Shown: positions 10,876-23,799, counted from the stretch's first letter. The stretch is DNA of 64,000 nucleotides from Octopus sinensis (GCF_006345805.1 NW_021833013.1:29671-93670), one strand, 5' to 3'. Numbers and translations: made by a program. Notes: generated by a model from the letters alone, not told the origin.

Positions 10876-11264
10876 TGGAGGCGCAATGGCCCAGTGGTTA
10901 GGGCAGCGGACTCGCGGTCGTAGGATCGCGGTTTCGATTCCCAGACCGAGCGTTGTGACTGTTTATTGAGCGAAAACACCTAAAAGCTCCACGAGGCTCC
11001 GGCAGGGGATGGTGGTGATCCCTGCTGTACTCTTTCACCACAACTTTCTCTCACTCTTACTTCCTGTTTCTGTTGTACCTGTATTTCAAAGGGACCAGCC
11101 TTGTCACTCTCTGTGTCACGCTGAATATCCCCGAGAACTACGTTAAGGGTGCACGTGTCTGTGGAGTGCTCAGCCACTTACACGTTAATTTCACGAGCAG
11201 GCCGTTCCGTTGATTCGGATCAACCGGAACCCTCGTCGTCGTAACCGACGGAGTGCTTCCATCC
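10876..11264 (+). mobile_element. tRNA-derived SINE (family E), full length
   Basis: A/B boxes TGGCCCAGTGGTTAGG and GTTTCGATTCCC; 13-bp TSD ATATCTTTGACGG (10863-10875, 11265-11277). Confidence 0.9.
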
Positions 11265-11655
11265 ATATCTTTGACGGCATGTTCATGAACTGTGTGTGTG
11301 TGTGTGTTTGTGTCAGTTTGGTTAGTGCGTATGTGGGGCATTTTGCAGACTTAGTCTTTTGTTGTTTGCGTCAGCAGAAATGCCGATGACAATATCACAC
11401 CAGTGGCTTCTTGTGTGTGTGTGTGGGGGGGGGGGAAGAAATTCTGGTGAATTACTGGTATTGTACCAAAATTTGTAATCACCATTCTTCTTCTTCTTCT
11501 TCTTTTTATTTCTATTATTATTAAAGTGGTGTGTTGGCAGAATCGTTAGCATGCTGGGCAAAATACACAGTGGTATTTTGTCCGTCCACTACGTTCTAAG
11601 TTCAAATTCCACCAAGGTCAACTTTCATTCTTTCAGGGTCGATAAAATAAGTACC

Positions 11656-11888
11656 TATTTCTTTATTACCCACAAGGGGCTAAACGCAGAGGGGACAAAC
11701 AATTACAGACATAGGTATTAAGTCGATTACATCGACCCCAGTACGTAACTGGTACTTAATTTATTGACCCCGAAAGGATGAAAGGCAAAGTCGACCTCGG
11801 CAGAATTTGAAACCAGAACGTTACAACAGACAAAATACCGCGAAGCATTTTGCCCGGCGTGCTAACGTTTCTGCCAGCTCGCCGCCTT
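11656..11888 (-). mobile_element. SINE family A inserted antisense into a related SINE
   Basis: 14-bp TSD ATAAAATAAGTACC (11642-11655, 11889-11902); host SINE sequence on both sides. Confidence 0.85.
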
Positions 11889-12129
11889 ATAAAATAAGTA
11901 CCAGCTGCGTATTGCGGTTGATGTGATCAACCGTCCCCCTCCCCTCAAATTCCAGGCCTTGTGCCTATAGTAGAAAGGATCATCATCATCATTATTATTA
12001 TTATTATTAAGGTGGTGCAGCTGGCAGAATCGTTAGCACGCTGGGTGAGATGCTTAGCAGTATTTCCCCTGTCGCTACATTCTGAGTTCAAATTCCACCG
12101 AGGTCAACTTTACCTTTCATTCTTTCAGA

Positions 12130-12503
12130 TATAGGAGTGGCTGTGTGGTAAGTAGCTTGCTTACCAACCACATGGTTCCGGGTTCAGTCCCACTGCCTGG
12201 CACCTTGGGCAAGTGTCTTCTACTGTAGCCTCGGGCCGACCAAAACCTTGTGAGCGGATTTGGTAGACAGAAACTGAAAGAAGCCCGTCGTATATATGTA
12301 TGTGTGTTTGTCCCCCCAACATCGCTTGACAACCGTTGCTGGTGTGTTTATGTCCCCGTAACTTAGCGGTTCAGCAAAAGAGACTGATAGAATAAGTACT
12401 GGGCTTACAAAAAGAATAAGTCCCGGGGTCGATTTCCTCGACTAAAGGTGGTGCTCCAGCATGGCCACAGTCAAATGACTGAAACAAGTAAGTAAAGAGA
12501 GTA
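12130..12503 (+). mobile_element. CORE-type SINE (family B), full length; others at ~10485-10681, 26368-26730(-), 30066-30447(-), 36667-37072(-), 45125-45345, 45825-46220(-), 49308-49470, 50040-50420(-)
   Basis: GGAGTGGCTGTGTGGTAAG...GGTTCAGTCCC...CCTTGGGCAAGTG, internal microsatellite, tail GACTGAAACAAGTAA..GAGTA. Confidence 0.9.
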
Positions 12504-12603
12504 AATACCGGTTGAGCACTGGGGTTAATCTGATCAACTATTGCCCCTATCCACAAAATCCAGTCCTTGTGCATTTAGAAGAAAGAATTATTATTATTAT
12601 TAT

Positions 12604-12828
12604 TACTTGTTTCAGTCATTTGACTGCGGCCATGCTGGAGCACCGCCTTTAGTCGAGCAAATCGACCCCGGGACTTATTCTTTGTGAGCCCAGTACTTAT
12701 TCTATCGGTCTCTTTTGCCGAACCGCTAAGTGACGGGGACGCAAGCACACCAGCATCGGTTGTCAAGCAACGCTAGGGGGGGACAAACACAGACACTCAA
12801 ACATATAGACACACACTTATATATATAT

Positions 12829-12872
<44 letters not shown>

Positions 12873-13498
12873 TACATATATACGTGTCTGGCCCCCGTGT
12901 CGGTGGCATGTAAAAGCACCATCCGTTCGTGCCCGTTGCCAGCCTCGCCTGGCCCCCGTGCCAGTGACACGTAAAAGCACCATCCGTTTCGTGGCCGTTT
13001 GCCAGCTCTGTCTGGCCCCCGTGTCGGTGGCATGTAAAAGCACCATCCGTTCGTGTCCGTTGCCAGCCTCGCCTGGCCCCGTGCCGGTGACACGTAAAAG
13101 CACCATCCGTTCGTGGCCGTTCGCCAGCTCCGTCTGGCACCTGTGCGGGTGGCACGTAAAAAACACCCACTACACTCACGGAGTGGTTGGCGTTAGGAAG
13201 GGCATCCAGCTGTAGAAACACTGCCAGATCAGACTGGGCCTGATGAAGCCTTCCAGCTTCACAGACCGCAGTTGAACCGTCCAACCCATGCTAGCATCGA
13301 AAACGGACGCTAATGATGATGATGATGATGATGATGATACGACAGTCTTCTTTCAGTTTCCGCCTACCAAATCCACTCACAAGGCATTGGTCGGTCCGAG
13401 GCTATAGCAGAAGACACTTGCCCAAGGTGCCACGCAGTGGGACTGAACCCGGAACCATGTGGTTGGTTAGCAAGCTACTTACCACACAGCCACTCCTA

Positions 13499-13500
<2 letters not shown>
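12604..13500 (-). mobile_element. Family B SINE split by a family C retroposon
   Basis: Tail half 12604-~12805, (TA)n, family C insert, head half ~13338-13500. Confidence 0.8.
12886..13335 (+). mobile_element. Retroposon family C with internal ~61-bp VNTR and (GAT)n tail; others at ~30705-31115, 33140-33520, 40760-41600(-), 42510-42780, 50935-51310(-), 52100-52500
   Basis: Units TGGCCCCCGTG(C/T)CGGTG(G/A)CA(C/T)GTAAAAGCACCATCCG... at 12889, 12950, 13013, 13074, 13135; common 3' part ending GGACG(C/T)TAA(A)(C/T)GATGATGAT. Confidence 0.85.
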
Positions 13501-13529
<29 letters not shown>

Positions 13530-13656
13530 GTTATTATTATTATTGTTATATTATTATTATTATTATTATTATTTTATTATGTTATTATTATTATTATTAT
13601 TATTATTATATTATTGTTATTATTATTGTTATATATTATTATTATTATTATTATTA

Positions 13657-13697
<41 letters not shown>

Positions 13698-13739
13698 GTT
13701 ATTATTATTATTATATTATTATTATTATTGTTATTATTA

Positions 13740-13815
<76 letters not shown>

Positions 13816-13934
13816 GTTATTATTATTGTTATTATTATTGTTATTATTATTATTATTATATTGTTATTATTATTATTATTGTTATTATTATTATTATTTT
13901 ATTATTATTATTGTTCTTATTATTGTTATTATTA

Positions 13935-13978
<44 letters not shown>

Positions 13979-14227
13979 GTTATTATTATTGTTATTATTA
14001 TTATTATTATTATTGTTATTATTATTTTGTTATTATTATTATTATTGTTATTATTATTGTTATTGTTATTGTTATTATTGTTATAGTTATTATTATTATT
14101 ATTGTTATTATATTGTTATTATTATTATTATTATTATTGTTATTATTATTGTTATTATTATATTATTATTATTGTTATTATTATTATTATTGTTATTATT
14201 ATTGTTATATTATTATTATTATTATTG

Positions 14228-14297
<70 letters not shown>

Positions 14298-14528
14298 GTT
14301 ATTATTATTGTTATTATTATTGTTATTATTATTATTATATTATTGTTATTATTATTGTTATTTTATTATTATTATTATTGTTATTATTATTGTTATTATT
14401 ATTATTATTATTATTGTATTATTTTGTATTATTATTATTATTATTATTGTTATTATTTGTTATTATTATTATTATTATTGTGTTATTATTATTATTATTA
14501 TTATTATTATATTATTGTTATTATTATT

Positions 14529-14560
<32 letters not shown>

Positions 14561-14595
14561 GTTATTATTATTATTATTATTATATATTATTATTA

Positions 14596-14633
<38 letters not shown>

Positions 14634-14682
14634 GTTATTATTATTGTTATATATTATTATTATTATATTATTATTGTTATTA

Positions 14683-14716
<34 letters not shown>

Positions 14717-14778
14717 GTTATTATTATTGTTATTATTATTGTTATTATATATTATTATTATTGTTATTATTATTATTA

Positions 14779-14816
<38 letters not shown>

Positions 14817-14901
14817 GTTATTATTATTGTTATTATTATTGTTATTATTATTGTTATTATTATTATTGTTATTATTATTGTTATTATTATTATTATTATT
14901 A

Positions 14902-14936
<35 letters not shown>

Positions 14937-15098
14937 GTTATTATTATTGTTATTATTATTGTTATTATTATTATTATTATTATTATTGTTATTATTATTA
15001 TTATTATTGTTATTATTATTGTTATTATTATTATTATTATTATTATTGTTATTATTATTATTATTATTATTATTGTTATTATTATTATTATTATTATT

Positions 15099-15130
<32 letters not shown>

Positions 15131-15134
15131 GTTA

Positions 15135-15168
<34 letters not shown>

Positions 15169-15389
15169 GTTATTATTATGTTATTATTATTGTTATTATT
15201 ATTATTATTATTGTTATTATTATTGTTATTATTATATTATTATTATTGTTATTATTATTGTTATTATTATTATTATTATTATTGTTATTATTATTGTTAT
15301 TATTATTATTATTATTATTGTTATTATTATTGTTATTATTATTATTATTATTATTGTTATTATTATTGTTATTATTATTATTATTATTA

Positions 15390-15427
<38 letters not shown>

Positions 15428-15622
15428 GTTTATTATTGTTATTATTATGGTTATTATTATTATTATTATTGTTATTATTATTGTTATTATTATTATTATT
15501 ATTGTTATTATTATTGTTATTATTATTATTATTATTGTTATTATTATTATTATTGTTTTATTATTATTGTTATTATTATTATTATTATTATTGGTATTAT
15601 TATTATTATTATTATATTATTA

Positions 15623-15657
<35 letters not shown>

Positions 15658-15878
15658 TATTGTTATTATTATTGTTATTATTATTGTTATTATTATTATT
15701 ATTATTATTGTTATTATTATTATTATTGTTATTATTATTATTATTATATTATTATTATGTTATTATTATTTTTTTTGTTATTATTATTATATTATTATTA
15801 TTATTATTATTATTGTTATTATTATTGTTATTATTATTGTTATTATTATTATTATTATTATTGTTATTATTATTATTA

Positions 15879-15916
<38 letters not shown>

Positions 15917-16016
15917 GTTATTATTATTGTTATTATTATTGTTATTATTATTATTATTATTATTGTTATTATTATTATTATTGTTATTATTATTGTTATT
16001 ATTATTATTATTATTA

Positions 16017-16054
<38 letters not shown>

Positions 16055-16224
16055 GTTATTATTATTGTTATTATTATTGTTATTATTATTATTATTATTA
16101 TTGTTTATTATTATTGTTATTATTATTATTATTATTATGTTATTATTATTGTTATTATTATTATTATTATTATTGTATTATTATATTATTGTTATTATTA
16201 TTGTTATTATTATTATTATTATTA

Positions 16225-16256
<32 letters not shown>

Positions 16257-16263
16257 GTTATTA

Positions 16264-16294
<31 letters not shown>

Positions 16295-16515
16295 GTTATT
16301 ATTATTGTTATTATTATTGTTATTATTATTATTATTATTATGTTTTATTATTGTTATATTATTATTATTATTATTGTTTATTATTATTGTTATTATTATT
16401 ATTATTATTATTGTTATTATTATTGTTATTATTATTATTATTATTGTTATTATTGTTATTATATTATTATATTATGTTATTATTATTGTTATTATTATTA
16501 TTATTATTATTGTTA

Positions 16516-16546
<31 letters not shown>

Positions 16547-16718
16547 GTTATTATTATTGTTATTATTATTGTTATTATTATTATTATTATTATTGTTATT
16601 ATTATTGTTATTATTATTATTATTATTATTGTTATTATTATTGTTATTATTATTATTATTATTATTGTTATTATTATTATTATTGTTATTATTATTGTTA
16701 TTATTATTATTATTATTA

Positions 16719-16792
<74 letters not shown>

Positions 16793-16854
16793 GTTATTAT
16801 TATTGTTATTATTATTGTTATTATTATTATTATTATTATTGTTTATTATTATTA

Positions 16855-16891
<37 letters not shown>

Positions 16892-17045
16892 GTTATTATT
16901 ATTGTTATTATTATTGTTATTATTATTATTATTATTATTGTTATTATTATTATTATTGTTATTATTATTGTTATTATTATTATTATTATTATTGTTATTA
17001 TTATTATTATTGTTATTATTATTGTTATTATTATTATTATTATTA

Positions 17046-17086
<41 letters not shown>

Positions 17087-17087
17087 G

Positions 17088-17121
<34 letters not shown>

Positions 17122-17125
17122 GTTA

Positions 17126-17196
<71 letters not shown>

Positions 17197-17267
17197 GTTA
17201 TTATTATTGTTATTATTATTGTTATTATTATTATTATTATTATTGTTATTATTATTATTATTATTGA
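13500..17267. repeat. ~3.8-kb (TTA)n microsatellite with interspersed TTG
   Basis: Direct inspection; source of three spurious >1000-aa ORFs. Confidence 0.98.
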
Positions 17268-17574
17268 GTAGGTTATGTTGAAAATAAGGCAAAAGTGGGC
17301 ATTACGTTTATATCACCTGATGTGGATCATTCAAATTGATGTTGTCGTTGTTGTTGCTATTATTGATGATGTTCTTTCCTATTGTCACATGTTTTTTTAG
17401 CTGTTGTAAAAAATTACATCTTCGCATTTGCTTGTTTTGTTGTTATATTCCCCCCCCCCTATGTGTGTTTATTCAACAGACTTTTCTTCACCTTCCTTCC
17501 TTCCTTTCTTTCTTTCTTTCCTTCACTTTCCTGCAACCCTAATCTTTTTTCTTTCAGGTGTTATGAAATGCATA

Positions 17575-17614
17575 TGATGTATACATATATATATATAGAT
17601 ACATATATATCATA

Positions 17615-17645
<31 letters not shown>

Positions 17646-17658
17646 CATACACACACAC

Positions 17659-17698
<40 letters not shown>

Positions 17699-17710
17699 AT
17701 ATATATATAC

Positions 17711-17761
<51 letters not shown>

Positions 17762-17875
17762 CACATACACACACACATATATATACATATATATATATAC
17801 ATACACATACACACACACATATATATACATATATATATATAATATATACACACATACACACACACATATATATAC

Positions 17876-17926
<51 letters not shown>

Positions 17927-17956
17927 CATATATATATACATACATACACATTTTTA

Positions 17957-18001
<45 letters not shown>

Positions 18002-18502
18002 TACATACATATATACACACATGCACACACACATTTTTAATGTATGTGTAGGTAATGTGTATATATATATATAGGCATACATATTTAAGAAATATCTGTG
18101 TGTATATATGAATGTGTGTGTGTGTATATATATATATATATGCATACACACACATATGCATACACACACACATGCTCGTATATATGTCACCGTCATCATA
18201 TACTCATTCGTTATTAATATACACACATGCACACACCGACACACGTGTGTGTCTGTGTGTCACTATTCTCAAATTAAACTGTCTTTTTTTCATGTGTATT
18301 TTATTTAATTTCTCTTCCATATTTCTCATGTTTAAAAGATATTTTCTCTTTGTCTTCTTTTTTTTTGGCTCTCATTTGTCCATCTCAGGTTTTCTCATCG
18401 TTTTAAAACTTGTCCATTTTCTCTCTTAAGTTTCTTGAATTTTGCATTTTACTTCTGTTGGTCTTTGTTTCATCTACTCTTTGTTTTTTACTATATGTAT
18501 AC

Positions 18503-18533
<31 letters not shown>

Positions 18534-18667
18534 CATATATGTATATATATATATATATACATATATGTATATATGTATATATATATATATATGTATGTAT
18601 ATGTATGTATGTATGTATACATGTATATATATGTATGTATACATGTATATATATGTATGTATACATG

Positions 18668-18698
<31 letters not shown>

Positions 18699-18950
18699 GT
18701 ATATATGTATATATATGTATGTATGTATATATGTATATATATGTATGTATGTATATATGTTATATATGTATGTATATATATATATGTATTTATATGTATA
18801 TATATGTATATTTATATGCATATATATGTATATATATGTATGTATATATATATATATGTATATATGTATGTATATATATATATGTATATATATATATATG
18901 TATATATGTATGTTATATATATATGTATGTAATTAATATATATATATATA
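17575..18950. repeat. (TA)/(CA) and (TA)/(TG) compound microsatellites (17575-~18250, ~18495-18950)
   Basis: Direct inspection. Similar tracts at ~28265-28660, 41620-41900, 48770-48970, 52815-53300. Confidence 0.9.
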
Positions 18951-19109
18951 TTATATAGAGGGTACTATTATTCATAGGTACCGCCACGCTAGGAGGGACT
19001 CTTGCAGTCAAAACTACTAAAATAAGTAGTTTATTTTAGTAGTTTTGACTGCAAAGGTCCCTCCTAGCGTGTCGGTACCTATGAATAATAGTACCCTCTA
19101 TATAATATA
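18947..19109. repeat. Inverted repeat, 79-bp arms, 5-bp spacer
   Basis: GAGGGTACTATTATTCATAGGTACC...CTACTAAAATAA gtagt TTATTTTAGTAG...GGTACCTATGAATAATAGTACCCTC; few mismatches. Confidence 0.95.
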
Positions 19110-19211
19110 AATAAATATTTTCAAAGTGGAAAAATTTACAGATTTTTTTCTCTTACGAGGTTTTTCACGCTAACTACTGATAATTTCTCATAAAGATTTT
19201 ATCCTTAATTT

Positions 19212-19252
<41 letters not shown>

Positions 19253-19608
19253 ATATATATTGTTGTTCTTAGTTGCCTCAACATTGAATTTTCCTTTTTT
19301 TATTCACCCAAACCTTTTGTTTTATTCCCCCCCCTCGTTCTCCGTCATAAAATTTGCCTTATTTCTTTTGTTTTGTATTATTCCCCCCCCCCCGTTTCTG
19401 TTTTTTCCCCCTTTTATTTCTATCCTATTCTTCTTTTCCAAAGCCCGTATATATTATTAAGTTTGCCGTTATTTTCAGTTCAATCAACAAATGTCTCGGG
19501 GTTTTTTTTGGTTATATTTTTGTTTCTTTTTCTTCCCTTTTCTTCCACCAGCCCCAGCCTCTCCCCTTCTCGTTGTTTTCGGTTTCTTTGAAAAAAAAAG
19601 TCCTGGGT

Positions 19609-20530
19609 CTAAAAGCTGCAGTAACACCCACCCTTTGTTGTTAGCCATATTGAGATGGCTATTATACTTTACTTTACAAATAAGGCGGCGAGCTGGCAGA
19701 AACGTTAGCAAGCCAGGCGAAATGCTTAGCGGTATTTTGTCTGCGTTACGTTGTGAGTTCAAATTCCGCCGAGGTCGACTTTGCCTTTCATCCTTTCGGG
19801 GTCGATAAATTAAGTACCAGTTACGCACTGGGGTCGATGTAATCGACTTAATACCTATGTCTGTCCTTGTTTGTCCCCTCTGTGTTTAGCTCCTTGTGGG
19901 TAATAAAGAAATAGGTTACTGTTTACATCTCGTTCAGAGATTTATTATTGCTTGCAGACAGTTTTTTGAAATCAGTGACAAAAGTTACTAGAAAAACACT
20001 TAAGTATCTGCATACAGGCTTTCCCTTTCATCAGAAACCGGTTATTGCCGTACGTTGACAAGAGGCAACAACCTCGAAACTGCAGTCCGGTGCGTATCAC
20101 TTAGGCTTACGAGAGAGGGATGACCTCCCTTTGCAAACGTCATAAGGGCACAGAAAGTGTGTCTAAAGCCAGCTGGAGACGATGATCTCCTGGGGCTAAA
20201 AGCTACAGCAACACCCACCCTTCATGGTTAGCCATATTGAGATGGCTATTATACTTTACATTGTCGAGCGGTTACTGTTTACAAAAGGCGGTGAGGTATT
20301 TCGTCTGCCGTTACGTTGTGAGTTCAAATTCCGCCGAGGTCGACTTTACCTTTCATCCTTTCGGGGTCGATAAATTAAGTACCAGTTACGCACTGGGGTC
20401 GATGTAATTGACTTAATACCTATGTCTGTCCTTGTTTGTCCCTTCTATGTTTAGCCCCTTGTGGGTAATAAATAAATGGGTTACTGTTTACATCTCGTTC
20501 AGAGATTTATTATTGCTTCAAAAAAGTTAC
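19609..20530 (+). repeat. ~587-bp tandem duplication (about 1.5 units) containing a SINE and the hammerhead
   Basis: CTAAAAGCT(G/A)CAG...GCCATATTGAGATGGCTATTATACTTT at 19609 and 20196; GTTACTGTTTACATCTCGTTCAGAG after both SINEs; both SINEs share private variants (TTGTGAG, TAATACCTATG). Confidence 0.8.
20049..20094 (+). ncRNA. Type I hammerhead ribozyme, U3-A8 core variant, palindromic stem III
   Basis: cgtacg-TTGACAA-GAGG(caacaa)CCTC-GAAA-C(tgca)G-TC|cggtgcg. Stem II has 4 bp, the cleavage triplet is GUC, stem I has 6 bp with one bulge, and ACTGCAGT is self-complementary. Confidence 0.7.
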
Positions 20531-21021
20531 AATGGCTAGAATTCTTTCTTCCATCCCCCCCACAGACTTCCTGCTGCTTTCCCCCTCCAACTTCACCTCC
20601 ACCACTTCATTTTTATTTTTATTTCCTTTTTTTTTGCTTTGTTCTTCTTGGGTTTGTTCTCTCCAAAATGTCACACATCACAGTACTCCCATTACAAATC
20701 AAGACCTTATTGTCTAATTATAGTTATTATTATACCATTCTTTAAAAATATAACAAAAAATATATAAAGTTGCTATTATTTTTAATATTATCAATGATTA
20801 AATGGTTGTTTAAAGAAATTAGAAATGCATAATTTGTAAAAATTATTATTTTTATTAATTCTTATTATTATCATTTAAAAAATGATTATTATTATTAAGG
20901 TGGCGAGCTGGCATAATCGTTAGCTTGCTGGATGACATGCTTAGCGGTATTTCGCCCCGCGCTACGCTGTGGGTTCAAATTCAGCCGAGGGTACCATCCT
21001 TTCGGGGTCGATAAATTAAGT

Positions 21022-21690
21022 AGCAAAATTTGAAACAAGCTGACCGAATCGTTAGCTGAGGTCACCCTGGCCTCTCATCCTTTAGGGGTCAATAAATTAA
21101 GTACCAGTGAAACAATGGGGCTGGTGTAATAGACTTACTGCCTCCCCCAAAACGGCTGCCCTTGTAGCAAAATTTGAAACAAGCTGACCGAATCGTTAGC
21201 TGAGGTCAACCTGGCCTCTCATCCTTTAGGGGTCAATAAAATTAAGTACCAGTGAAACATTGGGGCTGGTGTAATAGACTTACCGCCTCCCCCAAAACGG
21301 CTGCCCTTGTAGCAAAATTTGAAACAAGCTGACCGAATCGTTAGCTGAGGTCAACCTGGCCTCTCATCCTTTAGGGGTCAATAAAATTAAGTACCAGTGA
21401 AACACTGGGGCTGGTGTAATCGACTTACCGCCTCCCCCAAAACGGCTGCCCTTGTAGCAAAATTTGAAACAAGCTGACCGAATCGTTAGCTGAGGTCAAC
21501 CTGGCCTCTCATCCTTTAGGGGTCAATAAAATTAAGTACCAGTGAAACACTGGGACTGGTGTAATCGACTTACCGCCTCCCCCAAAACGGCTGCCCTTGT
21601 AGCAAAATTTGAAACAAGCTGACCGAATCGTTAGCTGAGGTCAACCTGGCCTCTCATCCTTTAGGGGTCAATAAAATAAGTACCAGTTGA
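21022..21690 (+). repeat. 145-bp SINE-derived tandem array (~4.6 units)
   Basis: AGCAAAATTTGAAAC at 21022, 21166, 21311, 21456, 21601. Confidence 0.9.
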
Positions 21691-22128
21691 GTGCTGGGCT
21701 CAATGAAATTGACTGCCTACATTCAGGCTTTGTGCCTATAGGGGGAAGAATTTTTGTTGTTGTTGTTGTTTGGGTGATAAGCTGGCAAAATCATTAGTAT
21801 GCTGGGTGGGGTATTTCATCTGTCTTTACATTCTGAGTTCAAATTCTGTCAGGGGTTGATAAAATAAGTACCAGGGTCGATGTAATTGACTTACTGCCTC
21901 CCCCGGAAATTGCTGGCCTTGTGCCAAATCAAAATCGATCAACACCAATGGAAATTGTAGCTGTGATACCAGTGCCGGTGGCACATAAGAGAACCGTCCG
22001 AACGTGGCCCATTGCCAGCTCCGCCCCAACTGCCTCCGTGCCAGCGGCACGTAAAAAGCAGAGGTATTCTTTTCAGTTGTATTTGTTTATTTTATTGACC
22101 TTGAAAGGATGAAAGGCAAAAACCCCTA

Positions 22129-22160
<32 letters not shown>

Positions 22161-23005
22161 CAATCCTTTCTGCTAAAGGCGCAAGGCCTGAAATTTTGGG
22201 GGGAGGGAGCTAAACGATTAGATGGGACCCCAGTGTTTCACTGGTACTTAATTCATCGACCCCCAAAAGATGAAAGGCAAAGTCAACCCTGGCAGAATTT
22301 GAACCCAGAACCTAGTGATGGATGCAATACAGCTAGGCATTTTACCTCGTGTGCCAATGTTTCTGCCAGCTTGCCAATAATAATAATAATAATAATAATC
22401 ATTGATTGTGCTGTGGGCACAGGACTGGGATCTGGTGGATTGCATCAACCCTAGTATGCGGCGGGTACCTGTTTTATCGGCCCTAGGGCAATGAACAGTG
22501 GGCTCGACCTTGGTGGAATGTGAAATCTGACCTCAGAGCATAAGGCCAAAAATCTGCCACTCAGCATTGCACGTGATGGGCCAACGATTTTGCCTGCCCA
22601 CCGACTTAATAATAATAATAATAATAATTTATTTCTTTATTGCCCACAAGGGGCTAAACATAGAGGGGACAAAGAAGGACAGACAAAGGGATTAAGTCGA
22701 TTATATCAACCCCAGTGCGTAACTGGTACTTATTTAATCGACCCCGAAAGGATGAAAGGCAAAGTCGACCTCGGCGGAATTTGAACTCAGAACATAACGG
22801 CAGACGAAATACCCATTTCTTTACTACCCACAAGGGGCTACACACAGAGGGGACAAACTCAAATGGTACTTAATTTATTGGCCTCAAAAGGATGAAAGGC
22901 AAAGCTGCCCATGGCAGAATTTGAACTCAGAACGTAAAGACAGACGAAATGCAATGAAGCATTTTGCCTGGTGTGCCTAATGGTTCTGCCAGCTTACGAC
23001 CTTAC

Positions 23006-23038
<33 letters not shown>

Positions 23039-23799
23039 TTTATTATTATAATAATTTAAAGGGCTCAGTTACGAGAAGCATTTCTCTATTAATTTCTCTT
23101 ACTCGTTTCAGTCATTTAACTGTGGCCATGCTGGAGCACCACCTTAAATATTTAGGTATAGGGTTGATAATTTTGAAGGGAAGGAGTTAGCCAATACTGT
23201 TGCCCGTCTCCCCGCCTCTCCCTACTTAACTGGTACTTTATTTTACCAACTCTTAGAGAGATGAGAGACGAAGTTGACGTTGATGGGATTTGAACCGAGA
23301 AACGTTATGAAACGGAATTGGTACCACGTGGTATTCTATCTCATGCTCTAACGACTCTGCCAAATCAGTGATCGGATAATGATGATGATGATGTTGATGA
23401 TGAAAATGATCCAGGTTATGAGCACAAGATCTGAAATTTGAGGAAGAGGGCGTTAGTCAATTACATGAGCCCCAGTTTGCTACTGGTACTTATTCGATCA
23501 GAATTTGAACTCGGAACATGAAGATGGACAAAATGCTGTGAAATTTTGGGGGAGGGGAGAAATCCATTACATCGACCCCCCCCCCAGTTCGTAACTGGTA
23601 ATTATTTCATCACCCCCGCCACCCCCACCCCTGAAAGGGCGAAAGGTAAAGTCTACCTGAGCGGAATTTGAACTCAGAGTGTAAAGTAAGGACAGATGAA
23701 ATGCCGCTAAGCATTTTGCCGAGTATGCTAACGATTCTGCTAGTTCACCACCTTAATTAATGATATCAATAACAATAATAATAATAATAATAATAATAC

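Noticed and set aside
10876-10950. tRNA gene (also at 3675 and 34407)
   Set aside because: tRNA-like heads run into SINE bodies, two of them with TSDs; no complete acceptor stem or terminator.
12889-13160. CRISPR-like repeat/spacer appearance of family C units
   Set aside because: The 'spacers' are homologous and alternate, repeats are degenerate, there are no cas genes and the context is eukaryotic.
13313-17292. ORFs of 1059-1276 aa
   Set aside because: Translations of (TTA)n, which has no stops on +; poly-I/L/Y only.
17558-17580. Extra exon after a strong acceptor (ctttcAG)
   Set aside because: Stops in two frames, weak donor, runs into (TA)n.
17382-18936. Numerous IY/CV-rich ORFs (also 28146-28900, 41684-43194, 48734-49063, 52689-53386)
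   Set aside because: Dinucleotide microsatellite translations.
20015-20045. Minus-strand CTGATGA-AAGG-GAAA
   Set aside because: No pairing for stem III or a cleavage triplet.
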